Positions 1 to 8,668 of a stretch of 42,753 nt of DNA are shown here, in pieces (within the stretch, counting starts at the first letter, position 1; each line of letters begins with the position of its first letter). The position numbers and the translations under genes were made by a program. This stretch comes from an uncultured delta proteobacterium (GTDB lineage Bacteria; Desulfobacterota; RBG-13-43-22). Location of the stretch: NCBI GenBank assembly GCA_963843145.1, contig CAWJJC010000009.1, forward strand, positions 1 through 42,753. Direction: 5' to 3'. Below the pieces are notes generated by a model. That model saw only the letters and a program-made list of their open reading frames with translations. It ran no database searches and was not told the origin of the DNA.

Positions 1-1441
1 CGCTTCAGCCTTCAGGGTGGGTGACCCCAACATATAGTAGTCGGTTATAAGGAATAAGGCTTGGGACAAGGATAAAGATCCAAGCCGCCACAATGGAAAT
101 AAATGGCTGTCTTAAAATGCTCTCGATTTCGAAATCCACAAGCCATCTGTTTGACCATTTGGATTTTGCTGTTGAGGCCCTCGGCCACGGCATTGGTGAT
201 CCGATGCTTAAAGTAGGTCAAAATGTTCGGCAGATGGCTTTTCAACGTTTTAGCCGCCTTGACCATCGGACGCAGACGGGAATGGGTAGCCCAGTAATAC
301 CAGCGGTCAAAAAAGCCTTCCGCCCATTTGGCATATTTGTAATCCCAAAAGGGGCGCAACGATTCCTTAAGCGCCCAGGCGCGACCGGTCTTCAGTTGAT
401 CTTCCGCAATTCGGAAAATTCCTCACGCCGCCATTCGGGGATGTTTTCTTCATTGGCCAACCAAAGATGGCGGGTTCGTTTCAGCGTTTCATCGCCTTGT
501 TCCTTCAACAGCTTATGCTCCTGGCGGCGAACTTTGTCCACGGCCTGCGTGACCAGTCGAACCACATGGAACCGGTCAAAGACAATATCGGCCTTAGGCA
601 GCCAGTCCCGGGTGGCGGCGATGTAAGGGTCCCACATATCCATCGCCACCCCCTTCACCAAACGGCGTTCCTCTTCCTCAAATTGACGATAATACGTTTC
701 CAGACTGTCTTGCGAACGTTCATCCACTACAAATTCCACCGTACCGCCCTTCAAATCACAGACCAAGGTCTCGTACTTGTGCCTTTTGGCAAAAGACTTC
801 TCGTCAATACTAAGATACTCCGGTATCCGACGCATTTTTCGTTTAAAGTCCACGTCTCACCGCGCGTTCCAGGGCTCCCCACATTTCCTTCCAGCCGGAA
901 TGCAACAAACGACAGACGCCGCTGATGTCGCATTCTTTCAAGGTGTCGATCACCTGGTGCTCAAAGGCCAGGGTAAACCGAGACCCCGGTTCCGCCCAGG
1001 GGCCGCACAGTTGAATTCGTGGACCGAACAGTGGACCCGCGGCATCCGGGCATGGAGAAAGGTTTGGCACTGACAGGTATCCAGGTGTCGCCAGATCCGC
1101 TCCTCGTCGTGGTCATGCAAGGGACCGGTTCGTCTACAGGCCGGGCATTTCCACTTAAGCCCTTTGAACTCCTCTACCCAAACGTCCACTCGATTCTTAG
1201 ACAAATCCAATTCCACTTTAACCACCCGCCAGGGATGCCGGAATCCCTGACAGAGCGGCATACAACTCCTTGGTGTCTTCCATGATGACCTCCTCAATAA
1301 TATCCTTCAGGAGGTCAAAACTATCCAATTTTATCGGTTTTGTTATTATGGTTAACCTTGGTCGTTCATACTGAGACCCGGTCAGGAAAAATTGTTAAAC
1401 CACTATATGTTGGGGTCACCCACCCTGAAGGATGACGGACC
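1..1441 (-). mobile_element. ISL3-family insertion sequence (left tip at or just beyond the window edge)
   Basis: 30-bp perfect inverted repeat: ccttcagggtgggtgaccccaacatatagt at 9-38 and its reverse complement at 1402-1431, with partial extension to 1441. It encloses ISL3 transposase fragments. Confidence 0.9.
45..1283 (-). pseudogene. ISL3 transposase, split by several frameshifts
   Basis: Consecutive fragments carry PW-V-V...CPAC...RIWRHLD (N-terminal zinc finger), SIDEKSF, AMDMWDPY, VFDRFHVV and TNAVAEGLNSKIQ...GFRN. ATG at 1283 follows a GGAGG RBS. Confidence 0.9.
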
Positions 1442-1458
1442 AGAAAAATTAAAGGCGG

Positions 1459-2496
1459 TCAGTATAAAATAGACTTTGTTCCAAATTCCACCCGTGGAGC
1501 TTTGACATAGACATCCCCTTCTATCGCTCCAGCATCCCAACCAATAATCCATCCTGAAAGATGAACAGTTTTTGACCAATTAGTTCTTAGGGTAAAATAT
1601 TCCCTTGACCATCCGTTTTCAAGTGCTGCAACAACACCACTTTCGATAGAATAGGTCCCTGAATTCCATTCCGGGGTATTTTCTGTAGTAGTAAACAACT
1701 GAAAATGGGGATTTCCTTGAATGTATTTTCTGCAAAATATCAATCGAAAAAGTAAAGTAAGTAAATTTAGGGACTTTCCCTATATCGAAGTATGTAGCAA
1801 ACCATTCTCTACCGTTCTTAACGCGAACATGGTAAATATTAAATTGGTCTTGTGGGTCAAAATTACTTCTTTATAGATATATTGGCCACCATTTAGTGGA
1901 CTATTCCTGTAATTATCTGGAATTCCATCCATATCCAGATCCAAAAAATGCAGGATTAATAATCAAGTTTTCCCCAATTAAGTTTGCAAGGTTTAAATCG
2001 CCTGCGCGTTGGGCTACAATCATATAAAAGTCTATAAATTACATCTTTTTCGGTTGTTAGAGTTTCGTCTTGAGAAATATTCAACATATAGAAATACTTA
2101 TTCCTAAGATATGAAACCCTTGAAATTGAAATAGCATGGTCATACTCCTTCAGTGCTTCTCTAAATTGTTTCCTTTTATAAGAGAATGTAGTTTTATCCA
2201 TAAGGGCAGTGACTGTAGTTGCTAATTTCGCCATTTGTCGGAGTGAGGAAGAGTCCAATCAAAAAGGGCATATTCACACTTCAATGGTCAATCTCATGCT
2301 CATAGGGTTTTAGTCTATCCTCCCTTGCAACCTTTTCATACCAATTTGTCGCTTGGTCGAATTTACCTTGGTTATAAAAGTAATCTCCGATTTGAAGACG
2401 AACAAAACGAAAAGAACAAATGCAAATCAGGCTTAAGGCAGAGATTAGGGTTAGACTTATGAAGAATCCTGAGCATTTTGCGCCGGTAGCATTCAT
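1459..2496 (-). pseudogene. AT-rich hypothetical membrane-anchored protein with a TPR-like N-terminal motif, in three fragments (2281-2496, 1956-2258, 1459-1743)
   Basis: Hydrophobic N-terminus followed by GDYFYNQGKFDQATNWYEK (TPR-like). The fragments are co-oriented and closely spaced; that they form one gene is inferred. Confidence 0.4.
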
Positions 2497-2701
2497 TCTG
2501 TCTGTGGGTGTGCTGATTAGGAAATCAAGAGCTTTGAATAATTGAGAAATGAAAAATAAGGAAAAATCTCAAGGAGAAAATGTTGATATTCAGTTTTTTT
2601 TGGGTGGGGAATCCCACTTCGTAAAGGGCGCGCGTCGAACATGGGTAGATATGAGGATGGGGGATTTAAACCCATTAGGATTGAGCGCTTGTTTTAGGAA
2701 A

Positions 2702-3830
2702 TCATGAACATATTTCCTTGGTGTAGCTTATTGGTCTATATAAATAATAAGCGGAATGAAGGTATTCAGGAAGAAGGAATGATTCCCATTCAACTATAGT
2801 AGGAGTTAGACATAAGCCTAAACAAACTCGGAAGCGATTGAGCCAACCATCTTGAACTTTTGTTAAAAAGATACTGGAAACCTTAATCCGGGGCGGATCA
2901 GTGGAATAGTAGCTTTGTTGGACTTCCCAGGACAAGCGCACGGCTAGATTGTCCTTCTGTATATCCTTAATGATGCGGATCGGAACAGGTGCTTCCAATA
3001 GTCTTTTGGCTAGAAGGAGCCGAGGTAGATCATGCGTCGGCACTTTAAGCGCGAAGAAAAGCCTGTTTCAATAGTTTTTGGCCAATCGACTTTTTCCGAT
3101 TTCAGTTAATCTGGCCAAGTCGCTGATCGATTTCAGGTTTAGCCAAAGGTGGCGCTTGGCGCCATGGACGCAGAGCACAGAGAACAAACTTTCAGCGGAA
3201 AATGACGGCAATGTTTTCACCCCCCATTGATATCTGTTCAACCTGATCCCACCAAGGTTCGTACTTAGGGGAATTGAAGAAACCATGTGGGGGGCATTCT
3301 CAGGGACCCCCAAGTGACTTTTGCAGGGTTGAAACCATTCACAATTGGCCGAAGAATTGTCTTCTGGTGACTCAACCAAAGCAATCCGTTAACAATTGTT
3401 TTATTAATATTTCTAGTTAGAAATCCTTTTGACACGAGCACGACCATATCCAAGCTCCCATAGATCTTAACTCATCTCCATAACAATTGAAGTCATGCCT
3501 CGGCCCCAAATGCAGTGGCCTGTCATGCCCTTCCAAACACCAGATGAGCAGTTGTTACATGCACAAAGTGTCCTTTGTGCTAGCTTCAAACATAAATCTC
3601 GATCAATTTGCTCATTTATCAGGAACTTATTGAACAAATGGGTCTTGAGGATCAGTAAATGAGGGGAATCTGGTGATGTTCCTGCTCATGTCACACGGCA
3701 TCCAATCCACCGTCCTTGAATCAGGTTCAGTTTGGCTCCTCCTCTCCGTAAGGTTCAGTTGCTACAGACGAATCCACCTCAACACTGTATCAGGTTGAAG
3801 ACGAAGAGGGACATGCCAAGATGAAGAGGA
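2702..3830 (-). pseudogene. Decayed nucleotidyltransferase family protein (NTP_transf_5/PF14907-like)
   Basis: Fragments in shifting frames read YGD..R....LDMVV, LCVHGAKRHLW..LK.ISDLA.L and LPEYLHSAYYLYRP. The 5' region (about 3690-3833) is a degraded match to the repeat at 5724-5911. Confidence 0.7.
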
Positions 3831-4079
3831 GATGACTTGTGATGGTTTCTTGTGGTGATCTTGTTCATGCCGCCTGCCACCATCCAGGTGAGGAGGACAG
3901 GCAGGATGCGCCACCACCAACCGAAACTCGCACAGATATTTTCCCAATGGGATGTCATTCAATATTGTTATATAACTGTTTTCAATAGCATATAGTCTTT
4001 GTACTGTTGAGAGGCTTAGCATGTTACGTTGCATGAGTCATTCCATCGTTTTCTGTACTTTTTCATTTGATGCTGTTTC

Positions 4080-4204
4080 AGGTAGGTCTGCTTGCTCTCT
4101 GTTGCTCAAAAGCAATGACAGCTGTCTGAATCATTACAAATGTTTCAGTCAACAAAGCAGCGAACCTCACGCGTTTCTTTTACTATCCCAGCATCCTCAA
4201 CCAT
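4080..4204 (-). pseudogene. Remnant of a small putative antitoxin downstream of the PIN gene
   Basis: MVEDAGIVKETREVR follows the PIN stop directly and resembles the D-P-I-V-x-E-V-R small proteins that pair with this PIN family. It has a premature stop. Confidence 0.35.
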
Positions 4205-4205
4205 T

Positions 4206-4628
4206 TCAGCCTCCCATAAGCTGATTCGGAGTGACCAAAAATGGAACATAAAGTCCCATTAAGAGATTGGACATCCGAATCCGTCTAAATTTACTTGGGT
4301 TGGCAATGTGTTTGCAGTTCCAGGTCAGCAGATAGTCACACTTGTGAAGGGATGCCAATGCAAGATGCAACGCATCTCCAACAGGATTTGCAGGCATCAC
4401 CCGGTTCTGAATATAGGTTTGGACAATCTGCCTGACTGCATCTTCGATAGGAACTTCCGGAAGAACACGAACAAGATCGAGTGCCTCTTGCGAGTGGGGA
4501 AAATTGGGATGAGACAATTCGTCAACGACAGCCCGGCTGATAACCACTTCGTATCGGTCCCGTAGCTCATTCCACCATAGGCGGCTCCAATAACGGACGA
4601 AATGGGGGACATTGGTGTAGAGGACAAC
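4206..4628 (-). pseudogene. PIN-domain (VapC-like) protein, 5'-truncated
   Basis: WW...VVISRAVVDEL, DALHLALA, DYLLTWNCKHIAN and C-terminal VTP motifs are present. The frame is open back to a stop at 4629-4631, but the first acidic N-terminal strand is missing. Confidence 0.8.
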
Positions 4629-4641
4629 CTACGTCATCCAA

Positions 4642-5022
4642 TTACATATTTTTATCTGTTATTGGAATCCTTCTGATTCTGATTGATTTTCTGGTAACTG
4701 TTACCATTGCTCCGGACTCCAATTGCGCCCGGATTCTAGGCCACATAGTCTCAATCAGTTTAGCTAATTCCGCGCCTTTCAGTCCTTCTTGTCGAATTCT
4801 GACCACTGATGGCGACTTTGCGTTTTGCACTGCCAAAATTGCATGAAAATCGGCATCCAAAGTAATAAGCACCCTTTTTTCAAGCCGGGCATAAGTCAAG
4901 ATATCCTTATCGGTAGCTCGACTGAGTCCTATGTCACCGGTGTGTAATACATCCCATCCCGTTTCACGCAGGATTCTTGCTGCCGTTCGGGATAGCCCCT
5001 GATCCAGCAAAACCCGGTTCAA
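4642..5022 (-). CDS. DUF5615 family PIN-like toxin
   Basis: LLDQGL, GWDVLH, ATDKDIL, LITLDADF motifs; overlaps the DUF433 stop by 4 nt. Confidence 0.9.
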   Translation of the reverse strand: MNRVLLDQGLSRTAARILRETGWDVLHTGDIGLSRATDKDILTYARLEKRVLITLDADFHAILAVQNAKSPSVVRIRQEGLKGAELAKLIETMWPRIRAQLESGAMVTVTRKSIRIRRIPITDKNM

Positions 5023-5252
5023 GCTGCCTCCATCGGAATGATTTGGCTGTCAAGATTTCTTGCGGCAAAAGCCAAAGCCTGGTGAATATCTTCCTTTTCA
5101 AGTTCTGGGTACTCGGTTTGGAGATCGTTCCAGTCCGGGTATAGCGCTACCGCTTCCACAACCCTTCTAACAGTCAGTCGCAAATTACGTAGGCATGGCT
5201 GCCCGTTCATGACTTGTGGATCAATGGTAATCCGATCGAGCCTGATGTCCAT
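5019..5252 (-). CDS. DUF433 antitoxin
   Basis: RITIDPQVMNGQPCLRNLRLTV...YPELEKEDIHQALAFA; AGGAGG RBS. Confidence 0.92.
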   Translation of the reverse strand: MDIRLDRITIDPQVMNGQPCLRNLRLTVRRVVEAVALYPDWNDLQTEYPELEKEDIHQALAFAARNLDSQIIPMEAA

Positions 5253-5266
5253 TATATCCTCCTATT

Positions 5267-5412
5267 TCATTTCGAGAAATCCAATTTGTCTTTTGGAAAT
5301 GCATCCAGCCATCCCCAACTGCTGAAAGAGTTATAGAGCACCAAGGCTCGTACCTGACACCCTTTGTCCAGTAAATTTTCCACCAGACGGCTGTCGATAA
5401 ATCCATCTATTG
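5267..5412 (-). pseudogene. 5' fragment of an NAD-dependent sugar 4,6-dehydratase (LegB-like)
   Basis: DGFIDSRLVENLL..G.QVRALVLYNSFSSWGWLD matches the GADGFIGSHL...YNSFNSWGWLD N-terminal signature. The frame stops after about 45 codons. Confidence 0.8.
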
Positions 5413-5477
5413 ATAAATCCGCTAAGGTTGAAAAGTTTTGCCTTCCCAAAAGGGGCCTATCGATCAGGTCTTTAAAT

Positions 5478-5666
5478 TTAGCGTTTTGCGGGGGATGATT
5501 TTGCTATTTCCTTCCCCTGCTTGAAACAATCGGGCAGGGCGTATATGGATTTATACGGTTCTTTGGCTATTTCTGCCTTGCTCAGTTCCCTGAAACCCTC
5601 CTTCTTCAGCATCGAGATGACCTCTTCTTCCTGTGATTTTCTTATTTTTTTTGTCATTTCAGACAC
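5478..5666 (-). CDS. Small basic hypothetical protein
   Basis: 62-aa ORF co-oriented within the array, with a plausible GAGG RBS ahead of the internal ATG. Confidence 0.5.
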   Translation of the reverse strand: MSEMTKKIRKSQEEEVISMLKKEGFRELSKAEIAKEPYKSIYALPDCFKQGKEIAKSSPAKR

Positions 5667-5723
5667 CTCTATTTTTATTCTGCGAAATTCCTTACATTTT
5701 TGTCTTTGGGTTGCGCAAAGGTC

Positions 5724-5911
5724 TCATGACGGTGTCCCTGTTCGACGACCAGATTCCAGTCCACTCCTTTGGAAATCAGGGCTTCCAGTTTGGGGCCCTT
5801 TTCCGGGTCCACTCCGGCGCAGCAGATTAGGAGGTCGACGACTTCAGAGGGGATGGCCATTTTAGGTCAAGATGGAAGAGGGAAGATGGAAGAGGGAAGC
5901 AAAAGAAAACA
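5724..5911 (-). repeat. Repeat A copy 1: heptamer leader plus 5' end of the nucleotidyltransferase gene (MAIPSEVVDLLICCAG...VDWNLVVEQGHRH)
   Basis: Aligns closely with 7815-7960 and 8454-8600. ATG at 5860, preceded by CTTCC(A/C/T)T-type heptamers. Confidence 0.92.
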
Positions 5912-5986
5912 GACTCGGCGCAGATGCATAGCCCTGGCGTTGGGGGCAAGTCTGTGAATTCTGCGTTTTGTGGAAGGTGGAGTCCC

Positions 5987-6553
5987 TCACTTTTCCATTG
6001 ATTTTTGGCAATCCTTGATCAGCAGCATGAGTTGCAGGGGATGGAGGGGGGAAGGTTCGAAACCGAATCGCTCGTAAAAACCGCGGGCCCGATCGTCCTT
6101 CGCGTGAACAAAGATCGCCCGGATACCGGCGATCTCGGAGGCCTGAAGCGTCCGCAGAAGGGCATCTTTCAACAAGCCCCGACCGATCTTTTTTCCCTGA
6201 TGACGGATATCTACAGCCAATCGGGCCAGGACCATCACCGGGATGGGGTGCCGAGCCAGACCTTTCCGAACTCGCGCCGGCGCGGCGGCGTGATCCACAG
6301 CCCCTACCGCCAGGCTGTAATAGCCGATAACCCGGCGTTCCTGACCGCGGCAAACGACAAAGGTCCTAACCGCATTGGCCCGTTGATTCTGAAGTGCATA
6401 ACGTCGCAGCCAATCGTTGAGCAGGGCGTGGCCGCAATCGAAACCGTGGCAGTCCTGTTCTTCCGAAAGCAGCACCGGGGCCGCATAGGGCGTTGCCTCC
6501 GAGGTCGCCCGGGGATGCGAATGAGAGGGCGCATCCGGGGGAGTTTTGGTCAT
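5987..6553 (-). CDS. GNAT acetyltransferase toxin (TacT/AtaT-like)
   Basis: FDCG...LNDWL, PIPVMVLARLAVD..HQGKKIG, VHAKDDRARGFYERFGF motifs. Confidence 0.93.
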   Translation of the reverse strand: MTKTPPDAPSHSHPRATSEATPYAAPVLLSEEQDCHGFDCGHALLNDWLRRYALQNQRANAVRTFVVCRGQERRVIGYYSLAVGAVDHAAAPARVRKGLARHPIPVMVLARLAVDIRHQGKKIGRGLLKDALLRTLQASEIAGIRAIFVHAKDDRARGFYERFGFEPSPLHPLQLMLLIKDCQKSMEK

Positions 6554-6555
6554 TT

Positions 6556-6876
6556 TTATTTTTCCCAGATTGTCGGTTCTGCAATGAGCGACTGCAGGCC
6601 CTTCTTCGTCTGCGCGGGCCTTTCGAGGGCGTCTTGAAATGCTCGCCAGGTCAGTTCATCAACCATGAAAAATCGTTGATCCAAAAGGGTTTGTTCCGCC
6701 TTTTCGCAAACGCTGCTCAGTACAAATTCGGTGACGCTCTTTTGCGTCACCTCGGCGGCGCGCTGGATCAGAGCGGCCTGAGCCGGTGTCGTGCGAAACC
6801 CCAATCTGTCGGAGCGCTTACCGGATGCCTGCTTGCGGGAAGAGTTTGCTTTTGCCGTCATTGTGGTTGTTGCCAT
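6556..6876 (-). CDS. DUF1778 ribbon-helix-helix antitoxin (TacA-like)
   Basis: RLGFRTT...LIQRAA...SVTEFVL...LLDQRFF...F..ALERP; directly upstream of the GNAT gene. Confidence 0.92.
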   Translation of the reverse strand: MATTTMTAKANSSRKQASGKRSDRLGFRTTPAQAALIQRAAEVTQKSVTEFVLSSVCEKAEQTLLDQRFFMVDELTWRAFQDALERPAQTKKGLQSLIAEPTIWEK

Positions 6877-6894
6877 GAAGCCCTCCTGGTTTCT

Positions 6895-6940
6895 TGTATA
6901 ATTGTACAACCAATGTACATACAAAAAACCTTGGTGTCAA
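6895..6940 (-). promoter_or_regulatory. Sigma70-type promoter with overlapping putative operator for the DUF1778-GNAT pair
   Basis: Minus strand TTGACA-17 nt-TACATT (6940-6912), overlapped by TGTACAttggtTGTACA. Confidence 0.7.
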
Positions 6941-6995
6941 GCGCAGATTTTGAGGTCTTGACCTTTTGCTAAAAAGATCGGAGAGAATCCCATCA

Positions 6996-7065
6996 CCACA
7001 GAGCCACGGAGGGCACAGAGAACAATTTTTTTTGCCGGGATCCCGGTAGCGGGACGGCAAAAAAA
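6996..7065. repeat. Short cacagag-type tandem repeats plus a hairpin (tttttttgccg...cggcaaaaaaa)
   Basis: ccacagagccacggagggcacagag at 6996-7020; 11-bp inverted arms at 7027-7065. Confidence 0.65.
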
Positions 7066-7208
7066 GATGCTCGGCCTCCGGCGGTGGTCCCTCGGTGGTG
7101 CATGGGTTCGACGACCATCCGGCCATCCCGAGAGAACGGAGGTATCGACGCGGCTTGCTGCCCTGTTCTGCCAATCACTCGATAATAGGAGGCATAGAGT
7201 GGAAGTGT

Positions 7209-7583
7209 CTAAATCTGAGATTCTTTAATTACGTCAGCGATGGTTGGACGTTTGGTTGGAAGGACATTATCAGAACTATGTTTATGTTCCGGAAAATGTT
7301 TTAAGCCCGGGTGATGAGGGGTGTTGTCATATCGAAATATCAATTTGTTATCTCTATCCTGCAAATGATAGCGATAACCCAAGTGATTGATTTTTCCCTT
7401 TTCCAGGATTATGGCCTCGTTGACTTCCAATAATGATTGATTGAGGAAACGAACCCGTATTCTTAAATTGGCCCGGGTGGTGGACAGAAGCTCCTCTTCG
7501 TAAAGTTCGACGTAAGCATCCGGAAGCTGGCCGATTGCGATCTGAACTTTTCGAAAGTATTCGACAAAAGGCTTAAGCAACAC
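7209..7583 (-). CDS. DUF6516 family (TumE-like) toxin
   Basis: YRYHLQD....LIFRYDNTPHHP...FPEHKH motif. Confidence 0.88.
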   Translation of the reverse strand: MLLKPFVEYFRKVQIAIGQLPDAYVELYEEELLSTTRANLRIRVRFLNQSLLEVNEAIILEKGKINHLGYRYHLQDRDNKLIFRYDNTPHHPGLKHFPEHKHSSDNVLPTKRPTIADVIKESQI

Positions 7584-7803
7584 GTCTTAGGTCTTTCGCC
7601 AAATCTTCCCTTATGCCCAAAAAATGGCGATAGTCGTTTGCCCACTCCGTAAAATCCAAGGTATCTTCCATTTTTCCACTTGAAAATTTATTAAAAAAAT
7701 CTTCCGAAGACATATGGTATCTTTCCTCTAAGAGGCTAAGTCGTTTAGATAGGGCGACCAGTGAGTCTATTAACGTATTGTATTCTAATATCTTTTTCAC
7801 CAT
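7573..7803 (-). CDS. Putative antitoxin (TumA-like) paired with DUF6516
   Basis: L..LEERYHMSSEDFFNKF..GKMED..DFTEWA motif; overlaps the toxin start. Confidence 0.82.
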   Translation of the reverse strand: MVKKILEYNTLIDSLVALSKRLSLLEERYHMSSEDFFNKFSSGKMEDTLDFTEWANDYRHFLGIREDLAKDLRRVA

Positions 7804-7814
7804 TTTCTGCCCTC

Positions 7815-7960
7815 CCTTTGGGAAAACAGGGCTTCCAGTTTGGGGCCCTTTTTTGGGTTCACGCCGGCGCAGCAGATTAGAAGGTCGACGACTTCAGTGG
7901 GTATGGCCATTTTAGGCCAAGATGGAAGAGGGAAGAAGGAAGATGGAAGCAAATGAAAAA
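7815..7960 (-). repeat. Repeat A copy 2
   Basis: Aligns to 5766-5911; ATG at 7910; homology ends at ccaaagg. Confidence 0.92.
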
Positions 7961-8026
7961 ATACCTGCCTTTCGGCGGTGGTCCCTATGGTGGTGGATGT
8001 ATTCTACGTCCAATTTTAATTATCGA

Positions 8027-8344
8027 CTAAAAATGTCGTCTGGTAACCCAAACTTTTTGATCAAGCCCTTTAGTGCATAGGGTAAAATTATAGATATTCC
8101 AAAACTCGTCAATATCCGGATCAATAGCTTGTTCTATTGCGCCGCTTTTAACGGCATGATCGATATAATCCTTTATGCAATCACCCAGCGATTCAAGAGC
8201 TTCTGTTTCCGTTTCCCCATGACTTGATATGGAAAAATCCAAACAACGGGCGACAATAACTCCGTCTTCTTCTGTCAAAAGAACATGAAGATGAAAATTT
8301 GGAAAATCCTTTATCAAAGCCTGGACACCCCTTAATGGTCTCAT
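8027..8344 (-). CDS. HicB-like antitoxin domain protein (orphan)
   Basis: EEDGVIVARCLDFSISSHGETETEALESLGDCI is typical of a HicB N-terminal domain. No intact HicA is adjacent. Confidence 0.75.
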   Translation of the reverse strand: MRPLRGVQALIKDFPNFHLHVLLTEEDGVIVARCLDFSISSHGETETEALESLGDCIKDYIDHAVKSGAIEQAIDPDIDEFWNIYNFTLCTKGLDQKVWVTRRHF

Positions 8345-8453
8345 TTTGACTGCCCCCCCCGTCTTTTTATAAACCCTTATTATTTGTCATCTAAATTATG
8401 ATCCAAGATAATCTCTGGTCTCTTCCAATCTACCAGGAACTGATTTCGTAAAA

Positions 8454-8600
8454 CCTTTGGGAAATCAGGGCTTCCAGTTTGGGGGCCTTTTTCGGGTCCA
8501 CTCCGGCGCAGAAGATAAGGAGGTCAACGACTTCAGAGGGTATGGTCATAAAAGGTCAAGATGGAAGAGGGAAGAAGGAAGATGGAAGCAAAAGAAAACA
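8454..8600 (-). repeat. Repeat A copy 3
   Basis: Aligns to 5766-5911; ATG at 8549; homology ends at ccaaagg. Confidence 0.92.
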
Positions 8601-8668
8601 TCTCCTGTTCCATCGGTTGCTCCTCGGCAGGTTCGGGACTTTTTGCGAAACCATCAATCTTGAATATA

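Noticed and set aside
2702-3830. Lasso peptide biosynthetic cluster (this NTase family often occurs there)
   Set aside because: No lasso cyclase, B1/B2 proteins, kinase or convincing precursor is in the window.
3762-4034. 90-aa ORF as a real gene
   Set aside because: No recognisable motif; it overlaps the degraded leader and 5' end of the NTase pseudogene in an error-rich zone.
5724-8600. Repeat A as a CRISPR array or classical integron attC sites
   Set aside because: Units are about 145 bp, protein-coding and 0.5-2 kb apart. I saw no RYYYAAC...GTTRRRY palindromic attC structure, and there is no cas or intI gene in the window.
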